A stretch of DNA of 62,277 bases from assembly GCA_902573085.1 (NCBI GenBank), contig CACGHY010000003.1, forward strand, positions 1 through 62,277. Direction: 5' to 3'. The position numbers were made by a program, and so were the translations under genes. The notes under the pieces were generated by a model that did no database searches, had not been told where the DNA came from, and saw nothing but the letters and a program-made list of their open reading frames with translations. This DNA comes from an uncultured Candidatus Poseidoniales archaeon. GTDB lineage: Archaea; Thermoplasmatota; Poseidoniia; Poseidoniales; Thalassarchaeaceae. Of the stretch, positions 49,683 to 58,358 are shown in pieces (position 1 is the stretch's first letter; every line of letters begins with the position of its first letter).

Positions 49683-50276
49683 ATGAGAGTTCTCTTTGTC
49701 ACAGGAAACCAAAATAAGGTGGCCGAAGCTTATGGTATACTCTCTCCCCTTGGTTTCTATGTTGAGCAGTTGTTTATTGGTGGAAAGGCTCCAAATTTAG
49801 TCGAGCCACAGGCAGAAGAAATCGAGGAGATTGCCAAATATAAGCTAGAACAAGCTGTTTCCCTGACAATGGGTACAGAATTTGAGAATGAGGCAGTACT
49901 TGTTGAGGACTCTGGCCTCTTCATCGATTCCCTTTCGGGCTTCCCGGGCCCTTATTCCTCGTTTGTGAAGGAGACCATTGGATTGTCCGGAATACTAAGT
50001 CTGATGTCAGGGGAGACAGACCGGGGCGCTGAATTCAGGGCCGTTGCAGCAGTCCACTTCAAAGGTAAAATAATGACATGCACGGGGGTATGCAGGGGTT
50101 TTGTTTCAGAAAACATTTCTGGTGATTCCGGCTTCGGATACGACCCTATTTTCATTCCGGAAGAAGCCAATGGAAGGACTTGCGCCCAACTCTCCCCTCT
50201 CGAGAAATCGTCAATCTCGCATCGCGGATTCGCCCTAAAGGGAGTTTCCGAACTCCTGAATCCCCCGTCAAAGTGA
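49683..50276 (+). CDS. rdgB: Non-canonical purine NTP pyrophosphatase (RdgB/HAM1)
   Basis: FVTGNQNK, VEDSGL, GFPGPYS, GFGYDPIF, ISHRG. Confidence 0.94.
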   Translation: MRVLFVTGNQNKVAEAYGILSPLGFYVEQLFIGGKAPNLVEPQAEEIEEIAKYKLEQAVSLTMGTEFENEAVLVEDSGLFIDSLSGFPGPYSSFVKETIGLSGILSLMSGETDRGAEFRAVAAVHFKGKIMTCTGVCRGFVSENISGDSGFGYDPIFIPEEANGRTCAQLSPLEKSSISHRGFALKGVSELLNPPSK

Positions 50277-50292
50277 ATAGAAGCACTCCTCC

Positions 50293-51201
50293 TTGGACGG
50301 ACTAATGGTTACCGCCACCAGACTCCTACTCTTCGTAATGACAGCGACGTCAATTCCAATTTACCTTGTTTTCGTCGTCCCCGAGGGACTTCTAATGCAG
50401 GCCGCAGGCGCTGTTTTGATTCTCTTCCTGGTTTCAATGATTCTTTTCACAGGCAGGCGTCCAGTACCTTCTGTTGTCAAGGAGAGCCAAGTCGTTATGG
50501 ATGGTGACTCTACATTTGGGGACATCGAGCTCCCTGCACCTATCCTTTCTGAAGAGAAAACCCGTGAAATTAGGGATTCAAAGATTAGAAGGAGCAGAGG
50601 TAGGCAAAAGGCTCGAGAAATTTCAGACCAGCCAATACCTCAACCTATGTCTGCACAGCCTCCCTCAGTTTCCATGATTGATACTGATTCCTCTGATTTC
50701 CAAGTGGAAGAAGCGAAGGGAACTGCTAAGGTCCACATCGCAAAGTCAGACCCCGAACTCCAGGCAGAAGCTGAGGTCGATCGATACCTAGATCAGCAGA
50801 GGCAGAGAAGAGAGATTTTCAGGGAGAGGCTACAGAAGGAAAGGCGTTTGGAGATGTCCAAGAGGATGGCCGAAGAAGCCGGAAAGTGGACCGAAATAGA
50901 GGATGGTGAAGATCTCTCGACTCTGACTGGTATCCCAGGTCACGGTTTGGCTGTGATGTATGAGCCCGAAGAGCCCGATACCACGATTCCTCAGGGAATC
51001 TCTTATGTTAGAATTGATGACGAGCGGGTTCTAAAGGTCCGCGTCTCATTGGACGCACCCAGAGGAGTGAAAGCTGGTACTGATGGAGCTCAAGACGAGG
51101 GATTAGGCACCGACGTGCCTCTACCGCAATCACCTCAGGGGATGCCGATGCCGCCCCCACCTATCCCCGATCTCCCACCTCCAGTCGGGGCAGATGACTA
51201 G
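50293..51201 (+). CDS. Hypothetical protein: 2 N-terminal TM helices, coiled coil, Pro-rich tail
   Basis: Hydrophobic N-terminus, E/R-rich helix, MPMPPPPIPDLPPP at the C-terminus. Start uncertain. Confidence 0.65.
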   Translation: MDGLMVTATRLLLFVMTATSIPIYLVFVVPEGLLMQAAGAVLILFLVSMILFTGRRPVPSVVKESQVVMDGDSTFGDIELPAPILSEEKTREIRDSKIRRSRGRQKAREISDQPIPQPMSAQPPSVSMIDTDSSDFQVEEAKGTAKVHIAKSDPELQAEAEVDRYLDQQRQRREIFRERLQKERRLEMSKRMAEEAGKWTEIEDGEDLSTLTGIPGHGLAVMYEPEEPDTTIPQGISYVRIDDERVLKVRVSLDAPRGVKAGTDGAQDEGLGTDVPLPQSPQGMPMPPPPIPDLPPPVGADD

Positions 51202-51242
51202 TCAAGTGATACGTTGAAGGGATACGACCCGTTCGCGGTCTT

Positions 51243-52079
51243 ATGGCTAAAGATGTAATGACTGTAATGGACGTTGAGGTCGACGGTTCCAATCCCAAGG
51301 GAGGAATCATTTCAGTCTGGACGCTAAACCGGCCAGACAAACTAAATGCTCTGAATACAGAATCACACAAGGCAATAAAGAACGAGTGTGTCAGGGCAAA
51401 CTCAGATGATAATGTCCGATGCATAGTGATCAAGGGCGCTCCCCCTCTGAAACCAAGAGAGGGAAAAAAGCCCAAGCCACATGCATTCGCAGCGGGAGCG
51501 GATATCTCTGAGTTTGCTGGAAAGGACTCTGATGATGTACGGCCATTCTTTGAGGACAATGCATGGGAGGCAGTTTGGAACGTCTCCAAGCCAACAATAG
51601 CAATGGTCGATGGATTCGCACTCGGAGGGGGGACAGAACTTGCTCTATCATGCGATATCAGACTGGCTTCAGAGAGATCGACATTCGGCCAGCCTGAGAT
51701 CAACCTCGGCCTCATTCCTGGAGGAGGCGGGACTCAGAGGCTATGCAGATTGGTAGGATACGGGAGGGCCATGGAGATCGTTCTCGCAGGTGGCATGGTG
51801 CATGCAATGGATGCACTAAACATGGGAATAGTAAACAGGATTGTACCTAGTGAGGATTTAGAAGCAGAGACTATGAAACTAGCTATGTTGATTGCTAAGA
51901 AGTCTCCACATACCACGAAGGTAGCAAAGAGAGCAGTAAGGGGGGCCCTGGAACTGCCCTTCTCCGAAGGGGTCTTGATGGAGCGCTCTGAGTTCGTCGC
52001 TCTTTTCGATACTGAGGATAAGGAGATCGGGGTCACGGCATTCCTGGAGAGATCGGATGCAGAGTGGGTAGGAAAATAA
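51243..52079 (+). CDS. Enoyl-CoA hydratase/isomerase (crotonase)
   Basis: LNRPDKLNAL, FAAGADI, GGGTELA, GQPEINLG, PGGGGTQRL. Confidence 0.93.
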   Translation: MAKDVMTVMDVEVDGSNPKGGIISVWTLNRPDKLNALNTESHKAIKNECVRANSDDNVRCIVIKGAPPLKPREGKKPKPHAFAAGADISEFAGKDSDDVRPFFEDNAWEAVWNVSKPTIAMVDGFALGGGTELALSCDIRLASERSTFGQPEINLGLIPGGGGTQRLCRLVGYGRAMEIVLAGGMVHAMDALNMGIVNRIVPSEDLEAETMKLAMLIAKKSPHTTKVAKRAVRGALELPFSEGVLMERSEFVALFDTEDKEIGVTAFLERSDAEWVGK

Positions 52080-52083
52080 CTCC

Positions 52084-52665
52084 TCAACACAAGCTGCTCG
52101 AGATCAATCTGATTGAATCGGACTCCCTAGTAGGATCAATAACAAGCCAACCAAAATCTGATCCGGATAGAACTAACTCCTCTTGGATCTCCCTAATTCG
52201 ATCCATATTCTCTAGATAGTGGTCTAATTTCTTTCCGTTGTTCTTCTCTCTGTTAGCGATCATTCCTCGATGCCTCTCCTCGCTCGAGACATAGAGAACA
52301 ACTCCGGTAGCCACCCCTCCCGCTTCTCTCCAGAGGTTAATCACCTCTTTGTTGGGAACATAATGAACACCTTCCAGAAGCAAATCAGATCCCTTCGACA
52401 TGGCTCTCTCTATTACTGCCAAGATCCCCCCTGAAAGTGTATGAACCGTTTCTTTCCAATCCTCCGAAGCAGAGCCCCCAGCTGACTCGAACGAGGAACG
52501 ATGTAATGCGGGACTCTCGGTTGATGATATCTGAGTCCTAAGGACCTCCCTAATTGTGTCCGTGGAGACAATTTTTCCTAGGCCAAGAGAAGATGCCAGA
52601 CTTGCAGACATAGTGGACTTGCCAACTCCACTGGTCCCACTGATGATCAATAGTCTTGGAACCAA
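52084..52665 (-). CDS. 2-phosphoglycerate-kinase-like small P-loop kinase
   Basis: ISGTSGVGKS, STDTIREVLR, LHRSSFE, LLEGVH, IREIQEEL; 193 aa with no N-terminal ATP-cone. Confidence 0.75.
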   Translation of the reverse strand: MVPRLLIISGTSGVGKSTMSASLASSLGLGKIVSTDTIREVLRTQISSTESPALHRSSFESAGGSASEDWKETVHTLSGGILAVIERAMSKGSDLLLEGVHYVPNKEVINLWREAGGVATGVVLYVSSEERHRGMIANREKNNGKKLDHYLENMDRIREIQEELVLSGSDFGWLVIDPTRESDSIRLISSSLC

Positions 52666-52673
52666 TAAATCAC

Positions 52674-54131
52674 CTAGCGCTGAATTGATTTGATCTCGAG
52701 GAACTCTTCCATTCCGTGGACTCCCAACTCTCTCCCCAATCCTGATTGCTTGTAACCCCCGAAAGGAGCCGTGACGTTGAACGCACCACCGTTAATGCTA
52801 ACCTGCCCGGTCCTCAACATTTTAGCAACTCTCATGGCTCTATCTTCGTCATTTGACCAGACCCCTCCAGATAGTCCATATTCCGAGTCATTTGCTAACT
52901 CCACGGCCTCCTCCTCCGAGGAGTATGAGGTGATGCAAAGTACAGGGCCAAAAATCTCCTCTCTGAATATGGTCATATCCCTAGTAACGTCAGCGAAGAC
53001 TGTAGGTTTTACGAAAAATCCAGAATTGAGCCCGTCTGGCATTCCCTCGCCTCCCGCAACTAGAGTGGCCCCTTGCTCGATTCCGCTAGAGATGTACGAA
53101 GACACGCTCTCCTGCTGCCTCCTTGAGACCAGTGGGCCACATTTGTTGGACTCATCCATGGGGTCCCCAACTGTGTACCTCCCAATCTTGCTTGAGATAA
53201 CCTCTACAACCTCGTCTCTGGAACCCTCTGGTACCAGAAGCCGGGTAAGAGCCGAGCATTCCTGACCAGAGTTTCCGAAGCATGCGTAAATCGCCGAAGT
53301 TGCCGCTCGTTGGATGTCTGCGTCGTCCAGTATAATGTTCGCACTCTTCCCTCCTAATTCCAGAGTCACTCTCTTTACGCTTGGAGCCGCCAGTTCCGAG
53401 ACCCTAATCCCAGCACTTGTAGACCCCGTGAAGCTGACCATATCCACCATTGGATGGCTAGACAAGGTCTCTCCGATTTCTCTCCCGTGACCCGAAATCA
53501 AATTGAAAACCCCCTCTGGAAGGCCCACATCATCCAGGATATCTGCCAGAAGGAATGCATTCAGTGGCGCCTCCTTGGATGGCTTCAACACCATCGTGCA
53601 ACCCGCTGCGATAGCTGGCGCCACCTTCCCGATTATCTGGTGCAAAGGGAAGTTCCACGGGGTAATCATGGCCACCACCCCTATAGGCTCCTTGATTACG
53701 AGGGAGTTCCTTACTTCCTCCTCCCATACGTACCCATCTAGGATCTTCGCATAAGATCTAGAAACAACCCTCGGGGTCCCTACCATTGCCATCCTTGAGT
53801 ACTCTATCGGAGTCCCTACCTCTGCGGTAATGATCTTGGCTAGTTCCTCGCTCCTATCCTTTATCAAGCTCGAAATCCTATTCAGGAACTCCACTCTCTC
53901 ACTTACCTCTGTTGTCGACCAACCCGCGAATGCTGACCTAGCAGCTTGCACAGCAGCATCAGCATCTGAATCGCTAGCGACTGGTACGTAACCAATCACC
54001 TCCTCATTTGTCGGATTGATCACCTCGATAGAACCCTCACCACTGGGCTCTATCCAGTTTCCATTGATGTACAGGTGCTGGCGTTCGTGCATGCTTGACC
54101 CAAACTGCGACATCTTATGATATTCATGCAA
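52674..54131 (-). CDS. Aldehyde dehydrogenase
   Basis: ITPWNFP, KPS, FTGST, LELGGKS, NSGQEC, EEIFGPV, PFGGYKQSG. Confidence 0.95.
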   Translation of the reverse strand: MHEYHKMSQFGSSMHERQHLYINGNWIEPSGEGSIEVINPTNEEVIGYVPVASDSDADAAVQAARSAFAGWSTTEVSERVEFLNRISSLIKDRSEELAKIITAEVGTPIEYSRMAMVGTPRVVSRSYAKILDGYVWEEEVRNSLVIKEPIGVVAMITPWNFPLHQIIGKVAPAIAAGCTMVLKPSKEAPLNAFLLADILDDVGLPEGVFNLISGHGREIGETLSSHPMVDMVSFTGSTSAGIRVSELAAPSVKRVTLELGGKSANIILDDADIQRAATSAIYACFGNSGQECSALTRLLVPEGSRDEVVEVISSKIGRYTVGDPMDESNKCGPLVSRRQQESVSSYISSGIEQGATLVAGGEGMPDGLNSGFFVKPTVFADVTRDMTIFREEIFGPVLCITSYSSEEEAVELANDSEYGLSGGVWSNDEDRAMRVAKMLRTGQVSINGGAFNVTAPFGGYKQSGLGRELGVHGMEEFLEIKSIQR

Positions 54132-54160
54132 TTCAATAGAGGGAGCCTTGGTCGAGTGCC

Positions 54161-54958
54161 ATGCCAGTTTCCAGCGACATGCTTGACGGAGGGGTAGCAG
54201 TGATCACTCTGTCTCCAGATGCCTCCTCGAACACCTTCTCGCCCCAGCACTTCGACCCATTCCTCTCATGCTTACAAGAGGCGATGGTAAACCCCTCTTG
54301 TAGGTCAGTAGTAATCACTGGCTCTGGACGCTTCTTCTCCTCTGGGGGGAACATGGACGACTTTTCCTATGCAATAGAGAATGGCAATATTGGTAGCAGA
54401 GTTAAGGAGATGACCGATAAGCTACATCCACTTCTCTTGAAGATGAGGACTTCAGAGAAGGTTTTCGTATGCGCCATCAATGGGTCAGCAGCCGGAGGAG
54501 GACTAGGTTTGGCACTAGCATCAGACTACAGAGTCTGCTCTCCAGAGGCGAAGCTCGCCTCCGCGTTTTTCCGACTAGGGCTCTCACCCGACGGGGGGAT
54601 GACATGGTTGCTCCCAAGACTGGTCGGGAACCAGGTGGCTCGCAAGTTCTTCTTCAACTCCGAAGTTTGGTCAGCCGAACAGGCCCTCGATTATGGAGCA
54701 GTCGATGAGTTGGCCGACCCAAGTGTCCTTCTAGACAGGGCCATTGAGGTTGCCAGAGATTGGGGCAAGTGGTCGGTCAACAGCAGGAAGGGGACAAAGC
54801 AACTTCTAGATGCATCCACTTCTACATTCTTCGAGACTCAGCTGCATTTCGAGCAGTCGCTAATGGTTGCATCCTCGCAGACGGCGGACTTCGTCGAGGG
54901 GGTCACGTCATTCAAGAGTAAGAGGGAACCGTCCTTTGGAAGGTTCGAGGAGGAGTAA
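54161..54958 (+). CDS. Enoyl-CoA hydratase/isomerase (PaaG-like)
   Basis: FSSGGNM, AAGGGLGLA, AFFRLGLSPDGG (Asp in place of the second Glu). Confidence 0.85.
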   Translation: MPVSSDMLDGGVAVITLSPDASSNTFSPQHFDPFLSCLQEAMVNPSCRSVVITGSGRFFSSGGNMDDFSYAIENGNIGSRVKEMTDKLHPLLLKMRTSEKVFVCAINGSAAGGGLGLALASDYRVCSPEAKLASAFFRLGLSPDGGMTWLLPRLVGNQVARKFFFNSEVWSAEQALDYGAVDELADPSVLLDRAIEVARDWGKWSVNSRKGTKQLLDASTSTFFETQLHFEQSLMVASSQTADFVEGVTSFKSKREPSFGRFEEE

Positions 54959-54959
54959 A

Positions 54960-55421
54960 ATGGTCAGAAGACTAATTGTCATGCGTCATGCCAAGAGCAG
55001 CTGGAAAGACCCGAACCTTGATGATCACGAACGACCACTAAACAAGAGGGGCAGGCGGGATGCACCCATGGTGGCAGATGCGATTTTCGAAAGAGGTTGG
55101 ATTCCAGAGCTTATCCTCGTTAGTAGTTCCAAGAGGACCCTTCAGACTCTGGAGGGGATGTCTCACAGGATGGGAAAGACTCCATTCGAGGTTAGATCAG
55201 GAATCTACCATGCAACAGTAATCGATCTAGTGACAGAATTGGAAGATATGTTGGATAACGGGACTACCATGATAATTGGGCACAATCCTGGCTCGGAGAT
55301 TCTTGTGAACCATCTCTCAGGGGAATGGCACACAATGCCCACAGCAACCGCAGTATTATTGCTCTACTCGGGCTCATCATGGTCGGTGGAGGCCGTCATT
55401 CGTCCAAAGGAGATTGCATAG
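54960..55421 (+). CDS. sixA: SixA-type histidine phosphatase
   Basis: MRHAKSSW, DHERPLNKRG, SSSKRT, IGHNPG. Start re-set to ATG 54960, 1 nt after the upstream stop. Confidence 0.88.
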   Translation: MVRRLIVMRHAKSSWKDPNLDDHERPLNKRGRRDAPMVADAIFERGWIPELILVSSSKRTLQTLEGMSHRMGKTPFEVRSGIYHATVIDLVTELEDMLDNGTTMIIGHNPGSEILVNHLSGEWHTMPTATAVLLLYSGSSWSVEAVIRPKEIA

Positions 55422-56702
55422 TCATGGATGCTCAGGGACTTCGTCAGACCAGTGTGACATCTTGTTCAGAGTGATAGTCACATTAGTCACCTCTCCTTCT
55501 TCCCAGTAGTCTACTGCCACGAAAGTAGGTCTGTTGTCCATTTCCTCCCAGCACTGAAGGGACCGATTTAGTAGAGTGTCATACTCGTTCACGTCATTAG
55601 CCAAAATCGGATCGGGTAGTCCGTAGATGCTAGATAGCCAGTTGTTCAGGTGCCACACTGGTTGGGAGCCATCACCACGATGAACAGTGCAGGTCATCTC
55701 ATCCTTGCTGCTCTCTGCGTAGTTGGTCGTCCATCCAAACGTTCCAAAGTCGTGCAACCAAGGGTATTCATCGTTCTGAGATTGCTCCCAGAAGACAACT
55801 AGATTCTTCCCATGTATGACCAAATCTCCTAGACTCGGCCACTCATCTCCAAGAGTATGAGTGTAGACCCTGTCCTTCATGCCAGTCTCGTTGAATAGGA
55901 AACTCAAGTGAGAGGCAGGGACGTAGTTCTCTATCAGAAGGGTGACAACATCGCCACTGGAGTTGTTCATTAGGGAATTTAGCATCCTCATCCATTCGAA
56001 TGCATCAACCTCTCCGAAGTTGCAGGGGTGGAAGAACTGGCCAGTACTGTGGCAGAACCTGACATCCTCTTTGGAAGTGTAGTCGTAGTGGCTGTGATGG
56101 GAGTCCACCATGAAGGCCCTGATACCATCATCCCACTGCCTTTGTAGGCCTGTGTAGTGATTCACTCCAACTAAAATCTGATCTTCTATGGTGGAGTACG
56201 CATTGTGAGTCTCGGCAAAGGTAAAGTCGTCATATGTTCTAAGGCAGTATTTCGCCTCTCCATGACAGCTGATGAAGTCATTCGGATTCATCGGATCGAA
56301 ACCCCTTTCCAATTCCCAATCGTTAGGAAGATCATCGCCATCCGCGTCATCATCCCACTCATCGCACTCCATGTCCCCGTCTAGATCGTCTGGTACGGAT
56401 TCACTATCAACAGGGTCAGTTCCGCACCTCCCTTCCTCGGCATCGCTCCAAGAATCCCCATCATCATCCAAGTCATCGGGGTCGCATTGTGAATCGCCAT
56501 CAGTGTCGGTTGGGGTTACTTCAGCGTCATTTGGGTCAGATGTACAGTTCAGCTCCTCGGAATTGCTCCAACCATCGCCATCGATATCCAGATCCTCAGA
56601 GTCCTGAATGCCGTCTCCATCCATATCAGGAGGGGATCTTTCCAGACATCCTGAGGTTATTAGTGAGAAGCACAATACAAAACATAAAACTTTTCTGCGC
56701 AT
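55422..56702 (-). CDS. Putative lipoprotein: TSP3-like Ca-binding repeats + PI-PLC-like phosphodiesterase domain
   Basis: Signal peptide ending ITSGC; DxDGD repeats; THNAY, QWDDGIRAFMVD, FCH, VVTLLIE, LNNW, FVAVDYW. Confidence 0.8.
   Translation of the reverse strand: MRRKVLCFVLCFSLITSGCLERSPPDMDGDGIQDSEDLDIDGDGWSNSEELNCTSDPNDAEVTPTDTDGDSQCDPDDLDDDGDSWSDAEEGRCGTDPVDSESVPDDLDGDMECDEWDDDADGDDLPNDWELERGFDPMNPNDFISCHGEAKYCLRTYDDFTFAETHNAYSTIEDQILVGVNHYTGLQRQWDDGIRAFMVDSHHSHYDYTSKEDVRFCHSTGQFFHPCNFGEVDAFEWMRMLNSLMNNSSGDVVTLLIENYVPASHLSFLFNETGMKDRVYTHTLGDEWPSLGDLVIHGKNLVVFWEQSQNDEYPWLHDFGTFGWTTNYAESSKDEMTCTVHRGDGSQPVWHLNNWLSSIYGLPDPILANDVNEYDTLLNRSLQCWEEMDNRPTFVAVDYWEEGEVTNVTITLNKMSHWSDEVPEHP
56277..56627 (-). 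repeat. Three about 40-aa Asp-rich (thrombospondin type 3-like) protein repeats
   Basis: DMDGDGIQDSEDLDIDGDGWSNSEELNCTSDPND.., DTDGDSQCDPDDLDDDGDSWSDAEEGRCGTDPVD.., DLDGDMECDEWDDDADGDDLPNDWE..DP. Confidence 0.85.
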
Positions 56703-56736
56703 ATATCGATCGCCCTTTTTCAATTCAAGTAGTACC

Positions 56737-57564
56737 CTAGTCCATCACGGTCTCGTGGTGGTTCGGTACGAAAGTCTGCTCAGTCATAGGGGGCCTCACA
56801 TATCCCCTCGCAGTCTTCCTCTCTGGCAGCTCTATCGGCTCTGGAGTAAGGTCCTCGTACTCAATCATAGACAGGAGATGGTTAATGCAATTCAAGTGTG
56901 CATGCCTCTTGATATCGGAGTTAACCACGAACCAAGGGGACTGCTTGGTGTCAGTGTGAGCGAACATCACGTCCTTCGCCTCAGAGTAGTCTTCCCACCG
57001 CGTGAGTGACTCCAGATCCATCGGACTGAGCTTCCACCTCTTGTGCGGTTCGTCCAGCCTTGCCTTGAACCGCTTCAACTGCTCGTCATCAGACACTGAG
57101 AACCAGTACTTAATCAGAATCGTTCCGGACCTCATCAGCATCCTCTCGAACATGGGGCACGACCTCATGAATTCGTCATACTCCCCCTCATCGCAGAATC
57201 CCATAACCCTCTCGACCCCGGCTCTGTTGTACCAACTCCTGTCGAACATCACAATCTCTCCTGCAGCCGGGAGATGATTGACGTACCTTTGGAAGTACCA
57301 CTCGGTCTTCTGCCTCTCGGTGGGGGCTGGCAGAGCAGCTACTCTCACAACTCTGGGATTGAGGTACTGCGCGATCCTCTTGATCACGCCACCCTTCCCG
57401 GCAGCATCTCTGCCTTCGAAGACTATCACGACCTTGAGCCCCTTCGCCTTCACCCATTCCTGAAGTTTGATCAACTCTAATTGTAGCCTAAATAGCTCTG
57501 TGTTGTACTTCTTCTTCCCTATCCTCTCTAATTTCTCGCTTCCATTACCGCCCATTGTAATCAA
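56737..57564 (-). CDS. ppk2: Polyphosphate kinase 2 (single domain)
   Basis: FEGRDAAGKGG, WYFQRY, FDRSWYNRAGVERVMGFC, WKLSPMD, HTDT..SPW. Confidence 0.95.
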   Translation of the reverse strand: MITMGGNGSEKLERIGKKKYNTELFRLQLELIKLQEWVKAKGLKVVIVFEGRDAAGKGGVIKRIAQYLNPRVVRVAALPAPTERQKTEWYFQRYVNHLPAAGEIVMFDRSWYNRAGVERVMGFCDEGEYDEFMRSCPMFERMLMRSGTILIKYWFSVSDDEQLKRFKARLDEPHKRWKLSPMDLESLTRWEDYSEAKDVMFAHTDTKQSPWFVVNSDIKRHAHLNCINHLLSMIEYEDLTPEPIELPERKTARGYVRPPMTEQTFVPNHHETVMD

Positions 57565-57624
57565 CCCCCCATAGCCGTCTTTGACAAAAGTCCTCTGGTC
57601 AAGGATTCGAAAAATCCTGACGAG

Positions 57625-58287
57625 TCAAAGGAGGCTGACAAGATCAATCAGTGATGATCTAGGGTCTTCAGACTTGGTAACTCCACTAGCCAATAGAACT
57701 CCCGAAGTGCCAAGCTCAATCGCCTTGACCACGTCCCCGCCGGTCTTTACACCCGCACCGCATAGGATGCCAACATTCGACGACACTTCCCTGACTGCTT
57801 GGGCTGTTCCACTGACTATCCCAGGATCAGCGCTAGTTACCGAAGTCTCGCCGCCAATCAACTCCGGCGGCTCCACAGCAACAAAACCCGGCTCCAATGC
57901 CGCCAATGCCCTTGCCTCGTGAATGTCTGCGGCACAGGCGCAAACATGGAATCCATCGGGAATCTGCTCCAAAAGCATAGCGACGTGCTCCAAGCTCACC
58001 TTATGTTCCGCATGATTGATCAGAGTTCCTGAAGCCCCCCTCTCCATTGCAGTTTCAGGATGCAGCCACCCCGTATTCGAACCGAAACCTACGGGATCAA
58101 GATGCTGGCACCATACCTCCAGTCCAGGAGCAGCAGCGACTACGGCAGACAGATCGAATGCAGAGACCGCAGCAACCATCCTAGCCTGTGTGTCTATGCT
58201 CGCCATCGCTCTTGCCAGATCTTCGGCACACGCCCCGTGAGCAGTCTGGTAGGTCTTGAAATTAACAACAACTAGGGAGTCGTCCAT
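57625..58287 (-). CDS. tpiA: Triosephosphate isomerase (short archaeal type)
   Basis: VNFKTY, QHLD, INHAEH, AVEPPELIG, GAGV, LLASG; 220 aa. Confidence 0.95.
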   Translation of the reverse strand: MDDSLVVVNFKTYQTAHGACAEDLARAMASIDTQARMVAAVSAFDLSAVVAAAPGLEVWCQHLDPVGFGSNTGWLHPETAMERGASGTLINHAEHKVSLEHVAMLLEQIPDGFHVCACAADIHEARALAALEPGFVAVEPPELIGGETSVTSADPGIVSGTAQAVREVSSNVGILCGAGVKTGGDVVKAIELGTSGVLLASGVTKSEDPRSSLIDLVSLL

Positions 58288-58358
58288 GGCTCCCCGAGGG
58301 ACTGATTCTCTTTGACCATGACGGGATTTACAACCGATTATCGTATTTTTTTCTTGGG

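Noticed and set aside
54867-54959. Upstream extension of SixA
   Set aside because: Overlaps the ECH C-terminus; the RHAK motif starts right after ATG 54960.
56277-56627. Asp-rich repeats as a CRISPR array or DNA-level repeat
   Set aside because: The similarity is at protein level with degenerate DNA; no constant repeat-spacer structure is seen anywhere in the window.
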